64,000 nt of DNA from Bdellovibrionota bacterium. GTDB lineage: Bacteria > Bdellovibrionota_G > JALEGL01 > DATDPG01. The notes beneath the pieces were generated by a model that saw only the letters and a list, made by a program, of their open reading frames with translations, was not told the DNA's origin and made no database searches. Below are positions 44,258 to 53,550 of the stretch, in pieces. Every line of letters begins with the position of its first letter. Position 1 is the stretch's first letter. The position numbers and the translations under genes were made by a program. Location of the stretch: NCBI GenBank assembly GCA_963668355.1, contig OY764265.1, positions 2,176,001 through 2,240,000 on the forward strand, in the 5' to 3' direction.

Positions 44258-45901
44258 ATGACGAGAGGCCTACGAGTTTGCTTAATCGCAACTTTAATCT
44301 CAGGTCTTATCTTTGGGCCCATCCCTTTGAGAGCCGATCCAGTTCGTTCCTTCTATCGTAATGACAGTTCTCAAGAAGTTTTGGGTTTATGCAATCCTTT
44401 GTTGGACGAAAATCCAAATGAGAATGCGCCTTTCGCACCTCATGCCGTTTGTATGGACAAAGAAGAATTTGGCGACATCCAACGCTTTTATCGTTACGAC
44501 AAGAACGGTGACATGGTCGGTATCGTGGAAGGTTCTGACCCCACGGCACCTTTAACGACGACGCACACGTATTTCGCCAATCGTCGACTTAAGAATATCT
44601 CAAGTCCAGAGGAACAGGCGTTCTTTTTCTACACGGCTTCGGGAGAACGCGTCGTCGGATTGGTTGAGCAGGGAGGCGTTCGAAATGTTTCGGTCTCTCT
44701 GGAGCCCTTTTTGACGGTTGAGAACGAGCAAGTTCATTATCAGTTTGGTTCTGATCTGAGTACTTGGGGCGTAGATGAATTCGTTTTTCACTTGGCCGAT
44801 CAAGTGGGAAATATTTTGGTCTCCATCACGTCCAGTGGCCCGGCCGTTCAACGAGATTACCTCCCTTATGGGGATAGCTGGTTCAAACATAGTTTGATCG
44901 AGAACGTCATGGGTTTTAACGGGATGCGGGAGGACGGTGCGTATCTCGACTATAACGCCAGACATTATGCTGCGGGACTTGGAAAGTTTCTCCAAGCGGA
45001 CTCTTTCATTCCGGATCCAGGGAAAGCCGTTCCTTACAATCGATATGCATATACAAATAATAGTCCGCTCATTCATCGAGATGACAGTGGTCATTTCCCA
45101 TTCCTGGTTGCGGCTCTTGTGGGTGGTGCTTTAACGGCGTTTGCTTATCGGGATCGCATTGAAAACTTCCGACAATTCATGGGCGTTTTCATGGCCGGAA
45201 TGGTGGGCGGTGCTTTGCCCGGAGCGGGTCAAGCGTTGGGCGGAGCCATTGGAAGCCAGATCATCGGAAGCATGTTGGCGGGTGCCTTGGCGAGTGTGAC
45301 CTCGACAGCCATGCTTTATGGAACCTTTGGTGCCCAAATGACGGAAAAGGGATTTTTCACGGCTTTGGCCTCAGGTGCGGCTGCGGGTATGGTGAGTGGT
45401 GCTTTTGGAGAAGCGATTGGCTCCACCAAAAAGCAGCTGTTGGAACAAGGAAAGGAAATGAGTTCCTTGACGCATGCGGCGTTACGAGGAACACAAAATC
45501 TCTTTCATCGGCAGGTTCAAACGGCCATTTATTCTTCGTTTGGATATGAGACGGATGTGAGCGGGATTTCCGCAGCCGGAGCATTTCTTTCAGGAGCCGT
45601 TTCAGGCGCGCTCTATAAAGGGCCAGACTTTAAAGATAATGCAACGAATGAACTGGGGATTCCACAATATGAACTGCAAGAAGGGAATATCGGCAAATTA
45701 TTCTCCGCTTCCTTCTTGGGCGATTTGGCCGATCAAGTGGTCACCGGACAATTTGATAATGGAGATCACGTTTCTTCCGCATTTCTCAATAGTATTGGAA
45801 ACAGCATTACCAACCAAGTGTATTTGAATCAGGCCGTGGATATGGCCAATGACAAAATCATTAAACAAGTAAGTCAACAGGTGTCGTCACCCAATCCATG
45901 A
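44258..45901 (+). CDS. Short secreted Rhs-core protein (cap 3) with Gly/Ala-rich hydrophobic C-terminal domain
   Basis: Signal peptide; APHAV; DQVGN; PYGD; DYNARHY; NRYAY.NNSPLIHRDDSG. Confidence 0.85.
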   Translation: MTRGLRVCLIATLISGLIFGPIPLRADPVRSFYRNDSSQEVLGLCNPLLDENPNENAPFAPHAVCMDKEEFGDIQRFYRYDKNGDMVGIVEGSDPTAPLTTTHTYFANRRLKNISSPEEQAFFFYTASGERVVGLVEQGGVRNVSVSLEPFLTVENEQVHYQFGSDLSTWGVDEFVFHLADQVGNILVSITSSGPAVQRDYLPYGDSWFKHSLIENVMGFNGMREDGAYLDYNARHYAAGLGKFLQADSFIPDPGKAVPYNRYAYTNNSPLIHRDDSGHFPFLVAALVGGALTAFAYRDRIENFRQFMGVFMAGMVGGALPGAGQALGGAIGSQIIGSMLAGALASVTSTAMLYGTFGAQMTEKGFFTALASGAAAGMVSGAFGEAIGSTKKQLLEQGKEMSSLTHAALRGTQNLFHRQVQTAIYSSFGYETDVSGISAAGAFLSGAVSGALYKGPDFKDNATNELGIPQYELQEGNIGKLFSASFLGDLADQVVTGQFDNGDHVSSAFLNSIGNSITNQVYLNQAVDMANDKIIKQVSQQVSSPNP

Positions 45902-45911
45902 GGGGTTAAGT

Positions 45912-48900
45912 ATGTTTAAAAAAGAAAACTTTGTTTCATATTTTCTTTTGAGTCTTGGAATTTTGCTTGTGACATCGAATGGTGTTCATGCAGAGTTCAC
46001 GTCGAGCGACAATCCTTTGAATCTCACTTTCCATGAATTTGAAGAGCCCAATCTTTCTTCGGGTGACTTTTCAATGTCCATTCCTTTTGAGGCTCCGGAA
46101 GGAATTGGTGGTTTGAAGCCGAGCATTGCCCTTCAATACAATAGCGCAGCTGGAAATGGTGTGGCTGGAATGGGTTGGTCTTTCAATCTTTCTTGCATTG
46201 AACGTTTTTCTGCTCCCAAGGATGTAAAAACGACCGATGGAAACGACGATACTCTTTTTCTGGGAAGAGGAGATGTGAACGAAGAACCCAACCAATCTTT
46301 GTATTATTTGGACGGTCAGAGACTGGTTGCCTGCGATGGGTCAGAAGAATGTCCACAGGCCTATGACGACAATTTTTCTTACCAAATCAACTATTCTCCC
46401 GTTCTGAATAACGCCAGTTTACTCACGCAACGGATTGATGTGGGTCCGCCGATGTATCCCATGTTGGCCGCTTGGGAAATGAAGACGCTGGAAGGCTTGA
46501 CGATCAACTATGGTTCTCGAGGAGAGGACGATTTTTATACGGGCCGTTTGTTGGAAGATGCGCGAGAAGTCGAAATTTTTAGTCCTACGGAGATATTTGT
46601 TTTTGACGGTCAAGGAAAGCGATCGGTGAAATGGTGTGCAACGCGAATCACGAATGGCACATATAAATCCACGGGAGATGGTTTGGCCGAAGTATTGATT
46701 GACTATGAAAACGGACTGACGGCTCCTTCCACAATCACATGGGATCCGGATTTTCGCATGGAGTTTCAATACGAAGGTCGATCTGATGTCGATGAGAGCA
46801 TGGCCGCTCCAGCCCGACATAGCGAGTATCGAAGATGGAAGAGTGTAGATATTTATAAAGGACAGACACTTTTGCGACGCTATGAAGCTCGGTATGAGAC
46901 GGGAATTCAGACGGGTGTGTCCAGGTTGGCCGCCGTGGTCATGAAGGACAAAGATAACAGCGCATGCCGACAAGATACGGGTTCAGCCGATGATGTGTGG
47001 TGTCCGATCTGGAGTGCTGAATATGGCGATTTCGATCCAGGTGAAAGCATGTATGCGGCTACGTCTAACATTGAAGCCATTCCACGCAATGCAAACAACC
47101 CTGGAACGCGTTTGATGGACATTAACGGAGACGGCCTTCCGGACTATGTCTCTTATTGGGGGGATTGGAACAACGATTCCTATTCCAGCACGTTAGAAGT
47201 CTACTTAGCTACCGGTTCAGGGTGGGCCCACACACCGGAAGCCTCGGCCTATGAAGCGGCTTTGGCCGAAATGGGGCAACCGTTTTCCATTAATCACGAT
47301 CCTCGCTGGGCAGATGAAGGTGTGAGGAGTGGAGACTTTGACGGCAACGGATACATGGACTTTCTTCAAATCGAAAAAGGCGCGTCACCTCATACGCGTT
47401 TATGGCTCCAACGAAGAAACGAATCGGGAACACAGATTTCCTTCGATTTGGTTTATGAAAATGGCATGTCGAATCCCGAATTCGATTTGGGACCCTTGGC
47501 GGATGACAATATGGCCGTGTTTTCCGAGGTACACTGGAATATAAGCAACGAGCACGGCTGGTTGGTTGCGGACTTGGATGGGGATGGTTTGACCGATGTG
47601 TTTGGCGGATCAGCCTATCATCAGTTCGTTGAGGATGAAGAATTTCCCATTCAGCATCAATTTTATGCAAGGACGGATTCAAACGGCAAGGTGGTTCGGG
47701 CTGCTTATCTGAACCGAGGAGATCATTTTATTCGGAATGATCGGTTTGCTCCCCCCCAACCATTTGCTGTTGCTGGAGGGTATAGAGGCAGTCGAAAGAA
47801 TTTGTTGGGAGTTATGGTGGCAGATGTAAACGGGGATCATTTTCCGGATATCATTCAAGCTGGACCACACTTGGATTTGCAGCCGTTTGTTCCGGAAGAA
47901 TACAAAGTTCAAACCATGACGCGTGTCGATTCCGAACGGAATATCCAATACAAAGTTTGGTTGAATGGAAATAGCATTTTAACAGCCGGGTATATGCCCT
48001 ATTTCTTTCCGGACCATACAGGCAGTGTTTGGATTGAATCAGAGGCCTATGGCCAGCGCCTACAAGAGCTCATGGATGGAAAATCGTTTGTTAAGGCTGC
48101 ATCCATTTGGGCGGCGGGAGAAACCTATACAACGGCAAACTGGTCGGATTATCGAGATGGTCGTGAAACGAGTGGGGATGATCTTGGCTATCGTTTTAAG
48201 GATGTCAATGGAGATCACAAAGCCGATATTCTGTTTTCGAGAGAAGGCAGCGTCAAAATGGCGTTAATATCAGACTATGACAATCTTTGGGTGTCGGACT
48301 CTCGTTACTTGCCCACGATTCGATTTAAAGAAGAAACCAACGACGGAAAATATTTTCAATATGGCGATGCCATGGATTTCAACGGGGACGGCTTTACGGA
48401 CATGGTCCCACGAGATGGTCGAGCCTTTATGAATCGTTTGGCCGAAGTTGATTCGGAAGGTTACCTGGCACATCCCGTTGATTTGCTCACGAAAGTGGGT
48501 TCTCCAATGGGCGGTCGGCAAACGATCAAATATAAACGCTTGAAGAGTGGTCACGGTGAAGATGACTTTGTGAATTACCACCGTATGCCTCAGCCCAAGG
48601 TTGTTGTGGCCGAAATCGAGGTCAGTGATGGTAGAAGCGGTGGAAGTGTTTCCGTTCCCACGCAATATGAATACTTTGGGGGGAAATATGATCGTGTGCG
48701 AAGGCGATTCAGCGGATTTCGCTATGTTCGTGCGACAAAGGCATTCCCAGCCGATGAGATTCACAATGGGAACACGTCTCCTCGAACCTTGATGACCGAG
48801 AGTTGGTTCCACCAAGATTGGTGTTTGTCTGGTCAGCTTCAAGCTTCTTTGGTTTCAGGAAATAACAATCCCGATGAGAGTCATCATTATACGCTGCCAG

Positions 48901-51803
48901 GATTCGGGCAAAGTGATCCCTTTGGACCTGCCTATGATACGAACTTTGACTTTTTGAAGAACAATGACGAACAATTGTTGGCCTGGAAGACATTGAGCTA
49001 TCTGAATGTTCATAATCCTTCAGCTCCTTCCTCCTGCAACGATGTGGCTCAAAGTCCCATTTTTGTTCCATTGACCCGAAAGGTCTCCGTTCAATACGGA
49101 CAGGATGAAAGCACGTTGGTTAAAACTGGTACGACAGAAAGCTATGACTACTACCCGACGTTTGGTTTGATGCGTGAGAGTGCGCTGGTGGACAATATCA
49201 TTTATGGGACTGCACATAGTGATCTTTCCCCGATGCGGAGAACCGAGAAAGTTTATGCCAAAAATCTTTCTGCTTGGCAGGTGAGGCCGTGCGAGGAAAA
49301 ACTCTATCTTGGAAATGAAATGACGGTCTCTCGGGCCGTTAAAAAAAGATATTCCTCTGGATTTAATTGTTCGCTGCCCTTGCCCAGTCAAGGAAATCCG
49401 AAGCTTGCTCCTTTGGGAGAAAAAATTGAAGGCGGAGGTTTGACTCAGGAACAGTCTTTTTCTTATGACAAGTATGGGAATCAAACCCGTCATACGAAGT
49501 TTGTGGGAACGGAAATCCCGCTTTCGATCATGAGCTTTTACCGAGATCCAAATCAGGTCCATCCAGATGGAATGTATCTCTTCGAGCAATATACTCTTCC
49601 AGACCCCGGAACAGGGACGACAAATCTTATGAAGCGAGACATCGTTCGTTCCTCGGAATATGATCAGTTTGGAAGGTTGACGTCTCGATATAGTGGGCAA
49701 CGGGTTCGAACGCACTATGACTATGATTCGTATCATCGCTTGATTCGAACCGAACAAAGCGACAACGACGGTGTTTTAAAATCCTGGAGTTCCATCGAGT
49801 ATGGGGGAATTCCCGGGAACTATGCGGATGGATCGAATTCCACGGCAAATTGGCAGCATGTGTTGAGAAAAAGCTCTTTCAATTTGGATGGCCTCAATGA
49901 AGGTGGACCTTCAGAGTTGGCCTCCAAAGAATGGGTTGATGGTTTGGGAAGAAGTTATCGAACCGTGTCTGTCAACGGTATGGGAGATCAGGAGCGAATT
50001 TCAGTTGTGAAAACGTATAACTCTCTTGGAAAAGTGGCTTCTGTTACGCATCCCTTCTTTGCGGCCTCAGATTCTGACGCTTATCAACCGGACCATGAGG
50101 GCGTGCAGACAGAATACGACGTTTTTGGTCGAATTCAGCACACGTCAGGTGCTGGAGTCCCAACGGTAGACTATGGCTATTCGATGGATTCTAATGCCCA
50201 AGGTGTGCGAACGCGCGTCACAACCACCAACACGAACGGTGCAAACAGCGATCGTTTCATTGTAAAAGATACGTTGGGCCGAACGGTTTTGACGGCGGAA
50301 TGTAAGGCATCAGAAAACGGATCTTGCGGAAATAATCCGAGAGGTTCGGAATATGTTCAAACCAAACATGATTACGATGCATTCGATCAACTGAGACAAA
50401 CGACTTTGAACGACAATAGCCGCATGGTGATGAGCTATGATCGTCTGGGACGAAAAACCTGGATGATTGATCCGAATATGTCCAATTGTGAGTATATGCT
50501 TCCGGACGGATGGGACTTCAATCTCTATGATGTCGCCTGGGCCGGTGGAGAACATTGCAATTGGTCTTATTTTTATGATGATCGAGGGAATCTAGCCCAG
50601 CAAGTGGATGGAAAGGGGCAAACGACGAACACTCGGTTCGATATGTACAACCGAGAGACCTGGAAATTCACATGTGACGAAAATGGGAAATTGGATGCCC
50701 TTTCAAATTTTGAATATGACCATCATCGCCCCAATAAAATCTGGCAAGAGAGGCATTTAGTTTTTCCCTATCCCTATGGGAGCCCTCGTGGCTATTTTGC
50801 CGGGGTGCAAGTCAGCTTAAATGAAGATGGATCTAAACCAAGCTGTCCGCTCAGTTTGCAGGGAGACGAATCGGTCAGTGACGAAACCAATCCTTTGAAT
50901 ATGAAGCGATATATTCGCCACAATGAATTTGGTGAGATTGAAACCAAAGACACACAGATTCAATTGTCTCGACCTGAGCTTGGGTTGGACGTGGATGAAC
51001 GTACGATCATTTGGACAGACTATGGGGCTGCTGGGCAAGTTCGTTCTTCAGTGGTGAACCTTTATGACACCTCTCAAGAGCAAGTATTGTCCTATAATTA
51101 TGGTCGGTATGGGCATTTGACTGCCTACGATACGAATGCGACCTGCTATCCTCCCATCAGCGACATTACGTATGACGCAAGTGGGAGAGTCACGCATAAA
51201 ACGATGACCCATATGCCTGCTTCTGGTGATTGCAACCCTGCGAATATCGGGAATATCGGAGATGTGTCGTATGACTATTTCGATGCCAATCATGTGGATC
51301 ATTTCAATCGTTTGTCAAAGATCACATTCAGTCCATCAGAAGCGCTTGGTGCCAATTCCGCTCTGGAAATTAAGTACAGCAAGGAAGATGGGACACCTGG
51401 TTACGATACATTTGGGAACATCAACTTCATGAAATACACGTGGGGTGTGGGTGGAACCGATCCAAAGTCTTATAAGAAGGCCTTCGCGTATGATCGCTTG
51501 GGACAGCTAACGCGGTTCGGTTTCTACGACTATCAGTCCAATGGCGTATCGGTTCCGGCTTCATGGAATCCGGAAATCTATCCAGATTTCGCATGGGACG
51601 TGTATTTATATAGCCCTCTGGGAAATCGTGAGTATGCGAATGTAAAGGACTATGGGAGCCATCAACCGGATCTTCCGGCGATGGAAGCCGTGAGAGCGCA
51701 GCCAGATGTTAGATCTTTTCCAGGCATCCGACCGATTGAGACGAAACCGAAGAAAAAATCAAAACGCAAAGCAACCATAGACGACTTCGCCTTTAGCAAA
51801 TAG
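45912..51803 (+). CDS. Large secreted SpvB/TcB-like FG-GAP plus YD-repeat shell protein lacking an Rhs core
   Basis: Signal peptide ending VHA; SIP..P.G.GGLKP.I.L.YNS..GNG..GMGWS; DxNGDG repeats; RRFSGF; many YDxxG repeats; no PxxxxDPxG. Confidence 0.85.
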   Translation: MFKKENFVSYFLLSLGILLVTSNGVHAEFTSSDNPLNLTFHEFEEPNLSSGDFSMSIPFEAPEGIGGLKPSIALQYNSAAGNGVAGMGWSFNLSCIERFSAPKDVKTTDGNDDTLFLGRGDVNEEPNQSLYYLDGQRLVACDGSEECPQAYDDNFSYQINYSPVLNNASLLTQRIDVGPPMYPMLAAWEMKTLEGLTINYGSRGEDDFYTGRLLEDAREVEIFSPTEIFVFDGQGKRSVKWCATRITNGTYKSTGDGLAEVLIDYENGLTAPSTITWDPDFRMEFQYEGRSDVDESMAAPARHSEYRRWKSVDIYKGQTLLRRYEARYETGIQTGVSRLAAVVMKDKDNSACRQDTGSADDVWCPIWSAEYGDFDPGESMYAATSNIEAIPRNANNPGTRLMDINGDGLPDYVSYWGDWNNDSYSSTLEVYLATGSGWAHTPEASAYEAALAEMGQPFSINHDPRWADEGVRSGDFDGNGYMDFLQIEKGASPHTRLWLQRRNESGTQISFDLVYENGMSNPEFDLGPLADDNMAVFSEVHWNISNEHGWLVADLDGDGLTDVFGGSAYHQFVEDEEFPIQHQFYARTDSNGKVVRAAYLNRGDHFIRNDRFAPPQPFAVAGGYRGSRKNLLGVMVADVNGDHFPDIIQAGPHLDLQPFVPEEYKVQTMTRVDSERNIQYKVWLNGNSILTAGYMPYFFPDHTGSVWIESEAYGQRLQELMDGKSFVKAASIWAAGETYTTANWSDYRDGRETSGDDLGYRFKDVNGDHKADILFSREGSVKMALISDYDNLWVSDSRYLPTIRFKEETNDGKYFQYGDAMDFNGDGFTDMVPRDGRAFMNRLAEVDSEGYLAHPVDLLTKVGSPMGGRQTIKYKRLKSGHGEDDFVNYHRMPQPKVVVAEIEVSDGRSGGSVSVPTQYEYFGGKYDRVRRRFSGFRYVRATKAFPADEIHNGNTSPRTLMTESWFHQDWCLSGQLQASLVSGNNNPDESHHYTLPGFGQSDPFGPAYDTNFDFLKNNDEQLLAWKTLSYLNVHNPSAPSSCNDVAQSPIFVPLTRKVSVQYGQDESTLVKTGTTESYDYYPTFGLMRESALVDNIIYGTAHSDLSPMRRTEKVYAKNLSAWQVRPCEEKLYLGNEMTVSRAVKKRYSSGFNCSLPLPSQGNPKLAPLGEKIEGGGLTQEQSFSYDKYGNQTRHTKFVGTEIPLSIMSFYRDPNQVHPDGMYLFEQYTLPDPGTGTTNLMKRDIVRSSEYDQFGRLTSRYSGQRVRTHYDYDSYHRLIRTEQSDNDGVLKSWSSIEYGGIPGNYADGSNSTANWQHVLRKSSFNLDGLNEGGPSELASKEWVDGLGRSYRTVSVNGMGDQERISVVKTYNSLGKVASVTHPFFAASDSDAYQPDHEGVQTEYDVFGRIQHTSGAGVPTVDYGYSMDSNAQGVRTRVTTTNTNGANSDRFIVKDTLGRTVLTAECKASENGSCGNNPRGSEYVQTKHDYDAFDQLRQTTLNDNSRMVMSYDRLGRKTWMIDPNMSNCEYMLPDGWDFNLYDVAWAGGEHCNWSYFYDDRGNLAQQVDGKGQTTNTRFDMYNRETWKFTCDENGKLDALSNFEYDHHRPNKIWQERHLVFPYPYGSPRGYFAGVQVSLNEDGSKPSCPLSLQGDESVSDETNPLNMKRYIRHNEFGEIETKDTQIQLSRPELGLDVDERTIIWTDYGAAGQVRSSVVNLYDTSQEQVLSYNYGRYGHLTAYDTNATCYPPISDITYDASGRVTHKTMTHMPASGDCNPANIGNIGDVSYDYFDANHVDHFNRLSKITFSPSEALGANSALEIKYSKEDGTPGYDTFGNINFMKYTWGVGGTDPKSYKKAFAYDRLGQLTRFGFYDYQSNGVSVPASWNPEIYPDFAWDVYLYSPLGNREYANVKDYGSHQPDLPAMEAVRAQPDVRSFPGIRPIETKPKKKSKRKATIDDFAFSK

Positions 51804-51859
51804 GGGTCAGGTTCCGTCTGACATTGCTAGACCTGCTTTAGGTCTGCGGCGAGTTTAGT

Positions 51860-52624
51860 TCAGGTTTTGAGTGTGAGTTCAATGGGGCAGTGATCACTAC
51901 CCATGACCTGGGGGTGAATTTTAGATGCCTTGAGGCGATCCTTGAATTCGGGATTCACGCAAAAATAATCGATTCTCCAACCAATGTTTTTTTCGCGTAC
52001 ATTCCTGCGATAAGACCACCAGGTGTAGTGGTCGGGGCCTTTTTCAAATTCTCGAAACGTGTCGACGTATCCTGCTTGGGTAAACTCATCCATCCAAGCG
52101 CGTTCCTCTGGGAGATAACCCGCATTATTTTCATTTGATTTCGGATTTTTTAAGTCGATTGCTTTATGGGCAATATTGTAGTCCCCAGCAAGAACCACAT
52201 GCTTCCCCTTTTTCTTCAATGAATCACAAAATTTATGAATGGCTCGGCAGAAATCCAATTTATAGGGTAAACGTAGTCCCTCCCGTTGACTGTTCGGGAA
52301 GTAGGCGCTCACGACAGCCACATCTCCATAGTCTGCTGTGAGGACTCGACCTTCTCGGTCAAAGATGTCCAGTCCCATCCCATATAGAACGGTCTCCGGC
52401 TCTTTCTTCGTATATATAGAGACACTGCTGTAACCTGGCTTTTCAGCGCAGTGCCAGAAAGTGAAATAGCCTGAAGGTTTTAATAAATCTTCAGACAGCT
52501 GCTCAGGCCTGGCCTTGGTCTCCTGAAGGCAAATGACATCCGCCTTTTCCTTTTGTAACCAATCCAAAAACCCCTTGCGTTCGGCGGCTCGAATCCCATT
52601 TACATTCCAAGAAAATATTCTCAT
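51860..52624 (-). CDS. xth: Exodeoxyribonuclease III
   Basis: SWNVNGIRA, CLQETK, GDYN, YTWWSYR, GWRIDYF, GSDHCP. Confidence 0.97.
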   Translation of the reverse strand: MRIFSWNVNGIRAAERKGFLDWLQKEKADVICLQETKARPEQLSEDLLKPSGYFTFWHCAEKPGYSSVSIYTKKEPETVLYGMGLDIFDREGRVLTADYGDVAVVSAYFPNSQREGLRLPYKLDFCRAIHKFCDSLKKKGKHVVLAGDYNIAHKAIDLKNPKSNENNAGYLPEERAWMDEFTQAGYVDTFREFEKGPDHYTWWSYRRNVREKNIGWRIDYFCVNPEFKDRLKASKIHPQVMGSDHCPIELTLKT

Positions 52625-52675
52625 AAGAATCCCTGTTTCTAACGGTAGTTTTGCCGAAAATCAATCGGTAGAAGG

Positions 52676-53548
52676 TCAAAGGCCCCTGGACCACTCAGGT
52701 CTCAGCGGAATTTGACCTGAAAGGGCTTTGTCTAAAATTTGAAGAAGCTTCTCTCGGTCTCTCGGAAGTCTTCCCTGAAGGGGAAGGTAATTTGAGGCGT
52801 GATTGGTGCGGAAAACGGAGTTGCGAGGATTCGCCTCTCGAATCACCGTTTCCATTTCTCTGAGTAGGCCTTCCACGGAGGGAAGGGTGAACCTTCCTTT
52901 GTGTGCGAGCTTGGCGATCGGACTACCAGGTATCAGCGTTAGCGTTAGGAGTGAGAAATACTTTGGGTCCATCTCGGTAATCAGTTTGGCGGTTCCCCGC
53001 GCATGTTCTTGACTTCTCTCTTCTCCGCCGACTCCCAGCAAGAAAATGGTTGAGAGATTCATGTCTGCTTTGTGGGCCTTCTGAGCAGCCTGAACATGGT
53101 CTTTAAAGTTTGCTCCCTTTGCGATGGTTTTGAATGTGGGGTCATCGCCGGTTTCGGGCCCGATATACAATAGGCGCAATCCGAGGGCGCGCAGTCGTTT
53201 GAGGTCCTCCTCGGACTTTTCGAGGAGGTTCATGGCTGTGGCATAGGTGCTGACGCGAATTAAATTTGGAAAGGTTTGTTGGCATGCCTTAAGAATTTTT
53301 TCCCATGTTGATACGTCCATGGCCAAAGGATCCCCATCTGCCACAAAGATTCGTCTTACATTTTTCCCAAAGGATCGTCCGGCTGTTTCAATGTCCTCTA
53401 GAATATCCGTGATGTTTCGTACGGAAAACGTCTTGTCTCCATACATTTCACAGTAAGTGCAAGCATTCCACGAGCAGCCGATGGTTGCTTGAAGAATGAG
53501 GGAATCTGCTTCACTGGGGGGACGGTATATGTCTCCTACATATCGCAT
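52676..53548 (-). CDS. Radical SAM protein
   Basis: YRPPSEA.S; CSWNACTYC; FRTNHASNY. Confidence 0.92.
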   Translation of the reverse strand: MRYVGDIYRPPSEADSLILQATIGCSWNACTYCEMYGDKTFSVRNITDILEDIETAGRSFGKNVRRIFVADGDPLAMDVSTWEKILKACQQTFPNLIRVSTYATAMNLLEKSEEDLKRLRALGLRLLYIGPETGDDPTFKTIAKGANFKDHVQAAQKAHKADMNLSTIFLLGVGGEERSQEHARGTAKLITEMDPKYFSLLTLTLIPGSPIAKLAHKGRFTLPSVEGLLREMETVIREANPRNSVFRTNHASNYLPLQGRLPRDREKLLQILDKALSGQIPLRPEWSRGL

Positions 53549-53550
53549 GT

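Noticed and set aside
44258..51803. Cap 3 and shell as one frameshifted Rhs gene
   Set aside because: The order is reversed (core upstream of shell), each has its own signal peptide, and the shell has its own GAGGGG RBS.
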